Shown: piece by piece, positions 27,367-39,618 of the stretch | Position numbering within the stretch: position 1 is the stretch's first letter | How the letters are laid out: each line of letters starts with the position of its first letter | DNA from: Candidatus Kaiserbacteria bacterium | GTDB lineage: Bacteria > Patescibacteriota > Minisyncoccia > Phycocordibacterales > JABAAK01 | Direction of reading: 5' to 3' | DNA: 64,000 nucleotides | NCBI GenBank assembly: GCA_026713605.1 | Contig: JAPOOC010000005.1 | Coordinates: forward strand, 18,836 to 82,835 | Notes under the pieces: generated by a model | What the model was told of the DNA's origin: nothing | The model's database searches: none | The model's input: only the letters and a program-made list of their open reading frames with translations | Translations under genes and position numbers: made by a program

Positions 27367-27876
27367 TTTTCCCTCCTTAGGGAATATGGAACACCAGAAC
27401 ACACAACGGTGTCTGGCATTCCGAGTTCGATTTCTAAGAAAACGCCATCCCACGGAACACCCGTGGTGGCAAAGAATCGGGTACATTAAGTAGCCCGCAT
27501 AACCTGACAGAATACTATCCGGTTATGTGGACTACCTAAGGTACTACTATATAAAAGAGCAAGAATCATACAAATTATACTTTACACGACTCTCTTAAGA
27601 TGTCTTTGCGGATTGCGCTAATAACACAAAATAGGAGTTTCCCTCCTGTAAATAAAGTTGCCGCTTCCCAAATACATCTTAAGAGAATTGTCTAAACCAC
27701 TGACTATAATATACCATAATATATTTAATCTGTCAAGCCCTCTCTTCTACCAAATGCTTGTAAACTATACACCGCTGCTTCCAAGTAATAGTACTATACC
27801 ACATATATAGCATTATGTCAAGTATCAGGCCATCCCCGCAAAAGAACTCGTGAAATAAGGGTTTTTGGGGGGTAGC
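27367..27876 (-). repeat. Conserved promoter/long-leader module, copy A (~510 bp); second copy at 44024-44534
   Basis: About 95% identical to 44024-44534 with no ORF of 60 aa or more on either strand. Minus-strand features: near-consensus promoter TTGACA-17-TATATT (27736-27708), a ~335-nt leader, and the hairpin CCACGGGTGTTCCGTGG followed by GCGTTTTCTT roughly 60 nt upstream of the SD AAGGAGGG + ATG (attenuator-like). Confidence 0.6.
27708..27736 (-). promoter_or_regulatory. sigma70-type promoter TTGACA-17-TATATT inside leader module A
   Basis: Reverse complement of 27731-27736 is TTGACA and of 27708-27713 is TATATT, with a 17-nt spacer. Confidence 0.5.
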
Positions 27877-27993
27877 AGGTTTTTAGCCAAATATCGTTTT
27901 GCTACTCCCACAGTATAGGACATCTGCTTGGTAGGTGCAATAAAAAAGTGTATACTAAACATAGTATACTAATATATACCTATAGATAAACAT

Positions 27994-28311
27994 ATGAGCA
28001 AATTCGCGGTTATAGAAACAGGAGGAAAACAGTATGCGGTCAATGATGGTGACTGCATTGACATTGAATTACTGAAAGAATGCAAGGAAGGAGACACGAT
28101 CTCCTTTGACAAGGTGCTACTGTTTGACGACGGCGCAAAGACCGATGTGGGCATGCCATACCTTGAGGGAAGGAAAGTAAGCGGAACAGTCGAGACAGTC
28201 GGGCGGCATAAAAAGGTGTCAGTGGTTCGGTTTCGAGCAAAATCAAATTACCGCAGGCACTACGGACATAGACAGCCGTTCTGCAAGGTGCGGATTACCA
28301 GTATCGCGTAA
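27994..28311 (+). CDS. rplU: 50S ribosomal protein L21
   Basis: MSKFAVIETGGKQYAV... canonical L21 N-terminus, 105 aa. Confidence 0.85.
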   Translation: MSKFAVIETGGKQYAVNDGDCIDIELLKECKEGDTISFDKVLLFDDGAKTDVGMPYLEGRKVSGTVETVGRHKKVSVVRFRAKSNYRRHYGHRQPFCKVRITSIA

Positions 28312-28347
28312 GCACAGACACTGCACAGGTCGTGTGCGGGTGTATAC

Positions 28348-29694
28348 TTGTGCTATATGGCAAAGAATGACACAAAAAAATGGTTAGCAAGGATAAAGCG
28401 ACACATAGCGCGTGTGGTGCCAGATTTTTTACTCCTTGGATACCACTTCATATTCGCCGTTGCCGCAATGGTATGGTATCGGCATCCATCAAAGGAGCTG
28501 GTTGTCATCGGCGTAACCGGCACAAAAGGGAAGACCTCCACCGCTTCATATATGCACACTGCTCTTACTGCCGCCGGGAAAACAGTCGGCCTGCTTTCAA
28601 CGGCCGAGGTACGCATCGGCAGGGAAGTGCATACCAACAAACGCCACATGACACTACCAGGTCGGGGGTATGTGCAACAGCAACTCAGGAAGATGGTCAC
28701 CGCCGGATGTCAGTACGCCATCATTGAAACACCCTCTGAGGGAATACGGCAGTTCCGGGTATTCGGTGTGTGGTACGACTCACTGGTGTACACCAATCTC
28801 TCACCAGAGCATTTGGTCACACACAAAACCTTTGAACGATACCGACACACAAAAGGACTACTCTTCAAACAGCAGGCACAATCACCACAAAAAGTATTGC
28901 ACGGCAAACCAGTAAAGCGGTACATCATCTTAAACGCTGATGATGGCAATGTTGAGTACTTTCAAAAAATTGCCGATACACCACTGAATGAGCAACTAGT
29001 GGTTGGCTTTGGAGAGAAAGCGACAATACCAATCAGCACTGAAAAGGGAAGTGATGAAAACGCCTTCACACTGGAAGAGGATCGCTATGTCGTACCGCTA
29101 CCGGGAATAATCACCGTGCAGAACGCAGTACCGGCAATACTGCTTGCAAAACGGTATGGTGGCGTTTCTCCAGAGCAGCTGAACGACGCCTTTACTTCAA
29201 CGACACTGCCGGGACGACTAGAGCGCATAGAGGCGGGACAGCCATTTCAGGTCTATTGCGACTACGCCCACGAACCGCTAAGCATTGAGAGTGTCTGTGA
29301 AGCACTTCGACAGTATGTATCCTCAGAAGACGGACGACTACTTATCGTTGTTGGCGCAGTTGGCGCATCTCGGTGGCGATACAATGCAACTAAAATCGGC
29401 GAAGTTGCCGGGCAGTGCGCTGATGTTGCAATCATAACAGATGTCGACCCCTTCTTTGACGACCCAGAAGAAATAGCGCGAGCTGTTGTTTCCGGCATTC
29501 GTAAAAACAAAAACGCTGAATGGTATGTGGAATTAAACCGACGGAAAGCGATAGAAAAGGCCTTCGCACTGGCAAAAAAAGGTGATGTCGTCATCGTAAC
29601 CGGCAAGGGCGCAGAAGTAACGATGGAGGTCAACGGAGAATCAATACCATGGGATGAGCGGGCAATCATTCGGGAAATATTGCAGAATGGGTAA
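28348..29694 (+). CDS. Mur ligase family protein (MurE-like) with N-terminal membrane anchor
   Basis: GVTGTKGKTSTASY Mur ligase P-loop, central and C-terminal Mur ligase domains, 448 aa. Specific substrate is not assignable from sequence. Confidence 0.55.
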   Translation: MCYMAKNDTKKWLARIKRHIARVVPDFLLLGYHFIFAVAAMVWYRHPSKELVVIGVTGTKGKTSTASYMHTALTAAGKTVGLLSTAEVRIGREVHTNKRHMTLPGRGYVQQQLRKMVTAGCQYAIIETPSEGIRQFRVFGVWYDSLVYTNLSPEHLVTHKTFERYRHTKGLLFKQQAQSPQKVLHGKPVKRYIILNADDGNVEYFQKIADTPLNEQLVVGFGEKATIPISTEKGSDENAFTLEEDRYVVPLPGIITVQNAVPAILLAKRYGGVSPEQLNDAFTSTTLPGRLERIEAGQPFQVYCDYAHEPLSIESVCEALRQYVSSEDGRLLIVVGAVGASRWRYNATKIGEVAGQCADVAIITDVDPFFDDPEEIARAVVSGIRKNKNAEWYVELNRRKAIEKAFALAKKGDVVIVTGKGAEVTMEVNGESIPWDERAIIREILQNG

Positions 29695-30014
29695 GTAATT
29701 CGGCATACTGTATATATGGGAAAGAAAATAAAAAAAGTAGCAAGGAAAAAAAAGCGAGGGGAGAAACCCATTACCCTTGGAGATATGAAGAAGGAGAGTG
29801 GTGGTGGTTGGGGAAATTACCCTGATGATATGCCAGTCGCTGAATGGTTTAAGGAGCAAGGAATGCCCGTAGCAGCGAGGGTGTTTAAGCACCTTGTCGG
29901 ATAGTAAGTAGCACTTGTTGTATGAATGCAGTTCAGGAAAACATTGCTTGGAGCTTGCAAGATGTGTAATAAATAATAGGCATTGTTTGGTATACTAACA
30001 GTACACGCAATACC

Positions 30015-30680
30015 ATGTTCCTCTTTCGCAATAAAGATACCGCTATGCACGCAGGTTTCACACTGATTGAAGTGTTAGTAGCAATCTCAGTAATCAGCAT
30101 CATCGGCTTTTTGCCAATTTCTATTGTATCGGAACACCTTATTAGAAATGCACTAACAAAAAATAGAGTTACCGCAGCACTGCTGGCGCAAGAAATCACA
30201 GAGTATGTGCGATACACTCGGGATTCAGATATTCTTGATATAGGTGGTGGCGACTGGTTTGACACACTTTTTGACCCTAGGTCCACAAACCAATTTGCTC
30301 CTTGCACGATAGATGCCGACGACTGGATATTAGAAGACCGAGTAACCTACTGTACGGTTGAATGTTTTGACAACGCCGATAAAACAGCACGGGGAGAATG
30401 TGGCACAAAAGGGTCTGGCAACAAGATATACAACGGATCAGTTGCGGGCATCTCAGCAACGAGAGGTGTTCGTGGAAGAAGCACAGAGACCTGTGATGGT
30501 AACAGGCCAAAGGAAAACAATGCCTTCACCACAACCTTGAACATCGTTATCCCGCAACAAGGTAGCAAAACTCGCTATGCGGTTATGGCGCCATGCATCT
30601 CATGGTCTGATAAAACCGACACTGTCAGACGGGTAGAGCTACAAGAGGCAGTGTTTGAGTGGATACGAAGAACAAAATAG
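30015..30680 (+). CDS. type IV pilin-like protein (prepilin N-terminal methylation domain)
   Basis: Class III signal with GFTLIEVLVAISVISII directly after a short leader. Confidence 0.6.
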   Translation: MFLFRNKDTAMHAGFTLIEVLVAISVISIIGFLPISIVSEHLIRNALTKNRVTAALLAQEITEYVRYTRDSDILDIGGGDWFDTLFDPRSTNQFAPCTIDADDWILEDRVTYCTVECFDNADKTARGECGTKGSGNKIYNGSVAGISATRGVRGRSTETCDGNRPKENNAFTTTLNIVIPQQGSKTRYAVMAPCISWSDKTDTVRRVELQEAVFEWIRRTK

Positions 30681-31278
30681 GAGTATGCAATATAATACTA
30701 TAACAAAAGCAGGGGAGAACACAGGATCAGTTCTGGTTATCACCATCCTCATAACAGCAGTATTGCTGGCAATCGGTATAACAATGGCATCCATCCTCGA
30801 AAGAGACATTGTCCGACAGGCCTATGGCAGACAATCACAAAGTGCAATGAATATAGCAAACTCCGCATTAGAATGTGTATTGTTTAACGATTTTCGCCGC
30901 CATACATTTCAAACATTACTGGCCAGAAAATATGATGTGGTTGCATGCGGTGAGCTATATCAAGTACGAAAAGGATCTGACTGGTCTATTACATACAAGC
31001 CATCGTCAGACGAATCCTCAGCCAATCCAGCCGGAACAGGAACCTACCAGTTTGTCATCATAGATTCAGCGGTAAAAGATTTAGTCGGCGTATCAAGGGT
31101 ACCGTGTGCGCATATAACAGTGAAAAAAGTGTGTGCCGAAGGGGTAAAAACCGGAACAACTATCTGTGAAGAGGGGTTGATAGAATCATCAATAGAAATT
31201 AAAGGATACAACTCCTGTTCATCTGGAGAAACAGAGGTAAGCAGAGGGTTAGTGAGACGATTTAAAGTATATTACTAA
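30655..31278 (+). CDS. PilX-like minor pilin / pilus assembly protein
   Basis: N-terminal hydrophobic segment GSVLVITILITAVLLAIGITMASILERDI resembles the PilX N-terminal domain. Overlaps the preceding pilin gene by 26 nt. Confidence 0.4.
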   Translation: MSGYEEQNRSMQYNTITKAGENTGSVLVITILITAVLLAIGITMASILERDIVRQAYGRQSQSAMNIANSALECVLFNDFRRHTFQTLLARKYDVVACGELYQVRKGSDWSITYKPSSDESSANPAGTGTYQFVIIDSAVKDLVGVSRVPCAHITVKKVCAEGVKTGTTICEEGLIESSIEIKGYNSCSSGETEVSRGLVRRFKVYY

Positions 31279-31338
31279 CAGTTATTTGTATGCAAAAACC
31301 CAAAAAACTCTCGCACAGTTTTTTGGGTTATAACAACA

Positions 31339-31596
31339 TCACTCCACCTCCGAACCATCAAGACCAGGGTGGTGCAATGTTGGCACAGCAGCAGGCAATC
31401 GATCTTCATACTCAGGATAGGGTACTGCAGAATCTTCAAACTCCTGCTCGGAATCTTCAGGGGCAAGGAAAGTAACAAACCACTTCTTTCTATCCTGGAT
31501 TTCCCGCTCTTCCTGCACACAGAATAGGGCAAAGCATTCTTCAGAATCTGATGTTGCCTGGGTACAAAACAGGCAGTTACATTGTTGATCAACCAT
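31339..31596 (-). CDS. hypothetical small acidic Cys-containing protein
   Basis: 85-aa ORF, the only one in a 450-bp gap; no motif recognised. Confidence 0.2.
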   Translation of the reverse strand: MVDQQCNCLFCTQATSDSEECFALFCVQEEREIQDRKKWFVTFLAPEDSEQEFEDSAVPYPEYEDRLPAAVPTLHHPGLDGSEVE

Positions 31597-31725
31597 AGTG
31601 CCGTACCTCCCGCTAGTTAGTATGTGGTTAAGGTATCAGTAGGTAAGGTGAAATAGGAAAAACACACAAATCTATATGCAGTATATAACAAAAAATCCTA
31701 TAATAAAGCATGAACATCTGCTCAG

Positions 31726-33111
31726 ATGATATGGCATACTGGGTATATTATGGTCACATTGGAAGCCATTATGCAACTCGCAAAGCGACGGGGATTTGTA
31801 TTTCCATCCTCTGAGATTTACGATGGTTTTGCAGGAGTGTATGATTACGGACCACTTGGAGTCGAACTAGCAAACAACCTAAAAAATAGTTGGTGGCACA
31901 CGATGGTGAGAACACGCCCGGACATTGTCGGTTTGGACTCCGGCATTACCATGCACCCAAAGATATGGGAAGCATCGGGACACACAACGGGATTTGCCGA
32001 CCCGGTAACAACCTGCACAAAAACAGGGAAGCGTTTTCGCGCAGACCACTTACTTGAAGACATCGGTGTCTCTGCTGATGAGCGAATGAGTATTGAGGAG
32101 TTTCGCAAAGTGTTCGCAGAACACAAACAATCCCTGAAGATAGACGGGTGCAATCCAGATGACCTATCTGAGCCAGAGTTTCAAAATCTACTCGTAACCT
32201 CCAACTTAGGAACCTTGGGGAGCGATGAAGTTACCTATTTGCGCGGCGAAACCTGCCAAGGCATATATGTGAACTTCAAGCAGGTATTGGACACCATGCA
32301 TCTGCACCTACCATTCGGTATCGCACAAGTGGGGAAGGCATTTCGCAACGAAATAGCCCCTCGGCAATTCCTATTTCGCACCAGGGAATTTGAACAAATG
32401 GAAATGCAGTACTTTACACACGGAGAAGACAGCAAACAGCATTTTGACACATTCTTACAACTGCGACTACAAGCACTCAAAGAACTGGGTATCAATGAAG
32501 AACGCCTGCGAGCAACCCCACACGAACGATTGGTGTTCTACGCGAAAGCAGCAGTGGACATTGAGTATCAATACCCGTTTGGCTGGAAAGAGCTGGAAGG
32601 CATCCATGACAGGGGCAACTATGACTTAACCCAGCACACTGAACACTCAGGACAAAAACTCACCTATTTTGATCAAGATCGCAACGAACACATCATCCCA
32701 AGTATTATAGAAACATCCATCGGCGTCGGACGACTTTTCTTAGCAGTGCTGTGTGATGCCTACGATGAAGAGACGCTTGAAGACGGCACAGAACGAACCG
32801 TGCTACGCCTACAACCATCCATTGCACCGATGACCATAGCAGTAGTGCCACTGATGCGGAAAGATGGCCATCCAGAGAAAGCAAAAAAAGTGTATGCCGC
32901 CTTGGCACAGCAATACAGCGTGTACTACGATGAGACCGGCGCCATTGGCAAACGCTACCGCAGAGCTGACGAAATCGGCACACCATTCGCAGTAACCATT
33001 GATTACGACACGCTCAAGGACGACACCGTCACCATCCGCCACCGCGACTCAATGCAACAAGAGCGGGTACCAATACCACAACTCATACAACACCTACAAA
33101 ACACCTTGTAG
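31726..33111 (+). CDS. glyQS: glycine--tRNA ligase (dimeric GlyQS type)
   Basis: Class II aaRS motifs (FRNEIAPRQFLFRTREFEQMEMQYF) and an anticodon-binding C-terminus. True start probably MVTLEAIMQLAKRRGF... Confidence 0.8.
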   Translation: MIWHTGYIMVTLEAIMQLAKRRGFVFPSSEIYDGFAGVYDYGPLGVELANNLKNSWWHTMVRTRPDIVGLDSGITMHPKIWEASGHTTGFADPVTTCTKTGKRFRADHLLEDIGVSADERMSIEEFRKVFAEHKQSLKIDGCNPDDLSEPEFQNLLVTSNLGTLGSDEVTYLRGETCQGIYVNFKQVLDTMHLHLPFGIAQVGKAFRNEIAPRQFLFRTREFEQMEMQYFTHGEDSKQHFDTFLQLRLQALKELGINEERLRATPHERLVFYAKAAVDIEYQYPFGWKELEGIHDRGNYDLTQHTEHSGQKLTYFDQDRNEHIIPSIIETSIGVGRLFLAVLCDAYDEETLEDGTERTVLRLQPSIAPMTIAVVPLMRKDGHPEKAKKVYAALAQQYSVYYDETGAIGKRYRRADEIGTPFAVTIDYDTLKDDTVTIRHRDSMQQERVPIPQLIQHLQNTL

Positions 33112-33172
33112 TAGCCACAGTTCAATATATAGACAAAGCACAATGTCGCAAAAGGTATATTGTGCGACATTA

Positions 33173-33955
33173 CTATAAACGCAATTGGCACGAGCGGGTC
33201 TGCGTTATATTCAAAGACGCAATATAGTGCTCTGCCTCATCAACAGAATCTACCACGACAAATAAATCCATGTCTTCCGGAGATATCGTTTTATAGGTCT
33301 CAGCCAAACTATTTTGCAAAAAAGCCAGCACCGGCTCCCAATACGCTTTACCGTACAATACGATCGGAATCTGCTCTACAAGATCAATCTGCACCAAGGT
33401 CAACATTTCAAACAGTTCGTCCAAAGTCCCAAATCCACCCGGAAAAAAAATATACACCTCAGACGCGCAAGAAAGAATGGTTTTTCTTGAAAAAAGGTAT
33501 CTAAATGTCCGAAAATGCTTTAAAAACCTGTTATTTTGCTGTTCATGCGGAATATGGATATTCACCCCGACTGATTCCCCATTAACCCGATTTGCGCCAC
33601 GATTTGCCGCTTCCATAATACCCCCACTCCCGCCAGTAATAACAGCAAACCCACGGGTACTCAGTCGTGCCGCTAACTCCTCACAATCTGCATAGCACTG
33701 CTCAGGCAGCACTTCACGAGCAGAGCCAAAAAATGATACCGCCTTACCAAATTGAGAAATAAATCGAAATCCCATAAGGAACTCCAAAAAAATATCAGTT
33801 GAGTAAGCAACTGCGCGAAAAAATCCCGGTTTTTTAAATACTCCTTTTTGACGCGCAGTATTGTGCGGAACACACTTCCTTTTTGCTTTTGTAGTTATAG
33901 ATGTTTCTTTCTGCATAGCAAAATAAACTACCCACAGTATACCGCACAAAAACAA
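33173..33955 (-). CDS. LOG family protein (cytokinin riboside 5'-monophosphate phosphoribohydrolase-like, TIGR00730)
   Basis: GGGSGGIMEAANRGA and PGGFGTLDELFE motifs. True start probably the Met at about 33916. Confidence 0.75.
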   Translation of the reverse strand: MFLCGILWVVYFAMQKETSITTKAKRKCVPHNTARQKGVFKKPGFFRAVAYSTDIFLEFLMGFRFISQFGKAVSFFGSAREVLPEQCYADCEELAARLSTRGFAVITGGSGGIMEAANRGANRVNGESVGVNIHIPHEQQNNRFLKHFRTFRYLFSRKTILSCASEVYIFFPGGFGTLDELFEMLTLVQIDLVEQIPIVLYGKAYWEPVLAFLQNSLAETYKTISPEDMDLFVVVDSVDEAEHYIASLNITQTRSCQLRL

Positions 33956-33987
33956 ATGCTACCAAAGGAAATAGGTATGCGGTAAGA

Positions 33988-34446
33988 TTATATTATTTTT
34001 TGGATGGTCATCTCCACCTCACCTTTCGGCAAGGTAACCACAACGACGTCTCCCTTCTGCTTCCCCAACAACGCCTCGGCAATGGGAGAGTGTGAAGACA
34101 CTTCCACACCTTTTCCTTCGACACCTATGTCATACACCTTTTTCCCCTCCCCTTGCACTTTTACTTCAACGGTATTACCAATAGTAACCACATCGCGACC
34201 GTGATCTTCTGTCACAACCGTTGCGGTCTTAAGAATGGTTTCTATTTCACCAATACGACTTTCAATAATACCCTGCTTTTTTCGCGCAGCGTCGTATTCT
34301 GCATTTTCACTTAAATCACCATACGATCGCGCAATACGAAGTTCCTCTATAACCTCTGGCCGTTTTACTGCAACCAGTTTCTTCAATTCTGCCTCAAGAT
34401 CTTTTTTCTCCTCAGCGGTTATAAGATTTTCATGCTCATTTGCCAT
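33988..34446 (-). CDS. greA: transcription elongation factor GreA
   Basis: 152 aa with an N-terminal coiled coil, conserved DLSENAEYDAAR, and a C-terminal FKBP-like domain. Confidence 0.85.
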   Translation of the reverse strand: MANEHENLITAEEKKDLEAELKKLVAVKRPEVIEELRIARSYGDLSENAEYDAARKKQGIIESRIGEIETILKTATVVTEDHGRDVVTIGNTVEVKVQGEGKKVYDIGVEGKGVEVSSHSPIAEALLGKQKGDVVVVTLPKGEVEMTIQKII

Positions 34447-34678
34447 TCTTTAAATATAGCACGCTTTTCTCTAGCAATAAAGTGGGTGTGGATTACTGCT
34501 CAAGAAGACACATCGGTGGTACACTATCCATATGAAAATGCCGTATATATTCGTCACGGTTATCGCCTGCCTCTGGCTGTACTACATTGTCGTTACTGAA
34601 CCACCATACGGATTGGACCGAACACCACGAACACACGATGAAATAACACTCCAGCGAGTCCGACACCAATACCCCAGG

Positions 34679-35515
34679 TTACAAAACTGATACGAGTAAT
34701 AATGCAACACCCAGCAATACTTGGTAAACAAAGAATGGCACAAAGCCCATGCGCTCTATCCATCTGAGGAAATAATGTATGGTAATGTAAGAAACAGCTC
34801 CAGCAATACACACCACAAGCAGCAAAGTGCCTAAACCAGTACCGCCAAATGATAAAGCGCTCAGTGGTGTCTGTATGAAAAACAGTACTAAAGCACCAAG
34901 TATAGCAGGAATGGCAAGCAAAAAAGAAAAACGGGTTGCTTCCCTACGCGAAAAACCAAACAATCGCCCCCCAGCAATGGTAACACCTGATCGAGAAACA
35001 CCAGGCAGGAGCGCACCTATCTGTATGAGTCCAATGGCAATACCCTTCCTCCATAAGGGTATATCGGTAATAATCCATCTTTTTCGTATGCTATAGTCAG
35101 CAAGAATGAGCAGTACCCCCGACACAACCAACGCCAGCGCCACAGACGGCAGTGTTCGTACTACTGAAAGTACCGGGTAAACAAAAAACCCTACCAACGC
35201 GATCGGCAGTGTTCCAAGGAGTACCGCACCCGCCATTGATCGATCTTTTGACGGCGTGCGAGAGAATATCGCACGCATAAGACGATATATATCTTTTCTA
35301 AAATATGCTATGACAGCAGTAAGGGTTGCGCCATGCAGTATGATAGCAATACCTGAATGGTGCGCATCACTCCCTAACAACTCACCAGCCAACACAAGGT
35401 GTGCTGAAGATGAAATAGGCAAAAATTCAGTTACCCCCTGCACAATCGCCAGTATAATCAAGGACAGCACTGAATCCATACACTCACCATGATAACACAC
35501 TCCTGCATGCCGCAA
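34679..35515 (-). CDS. uppP: undecaprenyl-diphosphatase
   Basis: TEFLPISSSAHL signature, polytopic. True start probably MDSVLSLIIL (about 35479). Confidence 0.8.
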   Translation of the reverse strand: MRHAGVCYHGECMDSVLSLIILAIVQGVTEFLPISSSAHLVLAGELLGSDAHHSGIAIILHGATLTAVIAYFRKDIYRLMRAIFSRTPSKDRSMAGAVLLGTLPIALVGFFVYPVLSVVRTLPSVALALVVSGVLLILADYSIRKRWIITDIPLWRKGIAIGLIQIGALLPGVSRSGVTIAGGRLFGFSRREATRFSFLLAIPAILGALVLFFIQTPLSALSFGGTGLGTLLLVVCIAGAVSYITIHYFLRWIERMGFVPFFVYQVLLGVALLLVSVL

Positions 35516-35526
35516 CTACAAAGCCG

Positions 35527-36423
35527 CTACCCTTCCCATGCTTTTAGAGCTGCGATAAAACCATCTAATTCCCCATCAAGCACTGCATCGGGATCATGCT
35601 CCTCATACTGGACACGCAGATCTTTCACCATCTTGTACGGATGCAATACATACGAACGAATCTGATTTCCCCACTCAATGTCAGTAGTTTTATCAAACGA
35701 AAGATCACGAAGTTTTTCCACTCGCTTTTGTTTCATCAGTGCAAATAATTTTCCACGCAATATCTCCAATGCAACCTCCTTATTCTGCGCTTGAGATCGC
35801 TCTCGCTCAACCCGCACTGCAATGCCAGAAGGAGCATGCTTAACCCGCACCGCCGTCTCCCGCTTGTTTACATGTTGTCCGCCAGGACCACCTGAACCGG
35901 TAAAATCAATCTCCAAGTCACCTTCCGGAATCTCCACCTCTTGCAGTGCCGGCAGTTTCGGCACCACATCCACCAAAGCAAACGAAGTGTGACGCTGTTT
36001 TTTCGCATTAAACGGAGAGACGCGCACTAATCGATGTACACCAACTTCATGTTTCAATAGTCCGTACGCCTGCTTATTTGCAATCTCAATACTAATGTTT
36101 TTGTAGCCACCCTGCGGTGTTTCATGTTTTTCTACTGCGTACACCGCAAATCCTTTATTCTCGGCATATCGCTGGTACATAGTAGCAAGCATACGAACAA
36201 AATCTTCCGCATCGTCTCCGCCGGCTCCTGCGATGATATGCAACACAGCTGGAAAATCTTCTCGCGCCGACCCAACCTGCTTCAACGCAGTATACTCACG
36301 CACCAGCCGTTGTGCCACCTCCTTATCTTCCCAAAAATCAGGCAATGCCATCGCTGCCTCAAGTTCCTGCACCCGCCTTTCTCGCTCTTTTTTCTCCATA
36401 TATACAGTATTGTAGCGCATCAC
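35527..36423 (-). CDS. prfB: peptide chain release factor 2 (short form without frameshift-containing N-terminus)
   Basis: SPF motif (RVSPFNAKK) and GGQ (GGPGGQHVNKRE). The ORF begins where RF2 proteins normally resume after the programmed +1 frameshift. Only 79 bp of upstream intergenic sequence is available and no CTTTGAC-like site is present. Confidence 0.7.
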   Translation of the reverse strand: MMRYNTVYMEKKERERRVQELEAAMALPDFWEDKEVAQRLVREYTALKQVGSAREDFPAVLHIIAGAGGDDAEDFVRMLATMYQRYAENKGFAVYAVEKHETPQGGYKNISIEIANKQAYGLLKHEVGVHRLVRVSPFNAKKQRHTSFALVDVVPKLPALQEVEIPEGDLEIDFTGSGGPGGQHVNKRETAVRVKHAPSGIAVRVERERSQAQNKEVALEILRGKLFALMKQKRVEKLRDLSFDKTTDIEWGNQIRSYVLHPYKMVKDLRVQYEEHDPDAVLDGELDGFIAALKAWEG

Positions 36424-36502
36424 CAGAAACTTTTGAAAAATAAGGGATTACGGGCTATACTACAGGTAGACACAAACAATCCTTCACACAGGAGGTCAAG
36501 AG

Positions 36503-37357
36503 ATGCTTATAGAGAGAAAAACGCATGATGATGAGGTGACGATGTTTGAACAGAACGATGGCTTGGGCAACATCACCGAACCACTGGTAACACAGGTACT
36601 AACGGCGCTAAAGAAAAATGAACACAGATCAATTTCTTTAGAAGAAACTGATAATTTAGATGCCATTGCCGCTGTTGCAGTACACGATCTGTGGCACCAC
36701 CAGGTAAAGCCATCAAAAAAGATGCGGCATCGCATCGGTACCATTGCAAACTTAGTCCATGAAAAATACCGGGGGTGGGAAACAGGCACAGATGCCATAA
36801 ACAGTACTCAGTTGAATGCTCGAGGGAAGCTCTTCTTTGGCTACTTACACTCCCTCGTACTACCGACAAAAAAGAGAGTGGAATTTGTAAAGAGATACCT
36901 CCGAGAAGGAGTAACGCACCCATTTTTTGTTGAAGCAGTGAGGAGAAGAGAGCGAGTGCTCGACGATGTGGATCACTCTCTCGTGCTAAAAATGCAAAGA
37001 ATATCACCCACCATCGTAAAGATGGGGACAGTCATAACGGGTGAAAAATACTGCAATCAACTTGTTTTCTACGGATTTGCAAGCGCCCCGGTGGTGATTA
37101 TTCAAACAGTCCTACAGCTTGCAAAGGGAAAAATCTTGCCGATGCTTGTTATCGCAGCATACGATAGGCGATATCTTGATATGGAAATGGTTTTTAAAGA
37201 GTTGCGCAAAACACTTCCTACACTGAAGGAGGAAGTGTACACCCATGAGGTTATCAAAGTTTTGCAACCACCAATTATGATCTATAAACTGTTCTGCTCT
37301 GCGGAACACTTTAACAACATAAGCAAAGTTGTAGAAAGGCATTGTGCCACACTATAA
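36503..37357 (+). CDS. hypothetical protein
   Basis: 284-aa ORF with SD GGAGG upstream; no recognisable motif. Confidence 0.4.
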   Translation: MLIERKTHDDEVTMFEQNDGLGNITEPLVTQVLTALKKNEHRSISLEETDNLDAIAAVAVHDLWHHQVKPSKKMRHRIGTIANLVHEKYRGWETGTDAINSTQLNARGKLFFGYLHSLVLPTKKRVEFVKRYLREGVTHPFFVEAVRRRERVLDDVDHSLVLKMQRISPTIVKMGTVITGEKYCNQLVFYGFASAPVVIIQTVLQLAKGKILPMLVIAAYDRRYLDMEMVFKELRKTLPTLKEEVYTHEVIKVLQPPIMIYKLFCSAEHFNNISKVVERHCATL

Positions 37358-37400
37358 CAACGCAACAACCCTGGAAGAGTACACAAACAATCTTCCAGGG

Positions 37401-39508
<2,108 letters not shown>

Positions 39509-39618
39509 TGACACCTATACTATACCAACAAACCGCACCAGAACAATGCAACTGAAGTAGCTAAAATTGCATAAAAATAAGGAGGTGCCTAGGCACCTCC
39601 TGAGAAAATAATTCACCA

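Noticed and set aside
35527-36502. Programmed +1 frameshift site in prfB.
   Set aside because: Searched the 79-bp upstream region in all frames; no CTTTGAC-like slippery site and no upstream exon of about 25 codons; an in-frame TAA lies 9 codons upstream of the start.
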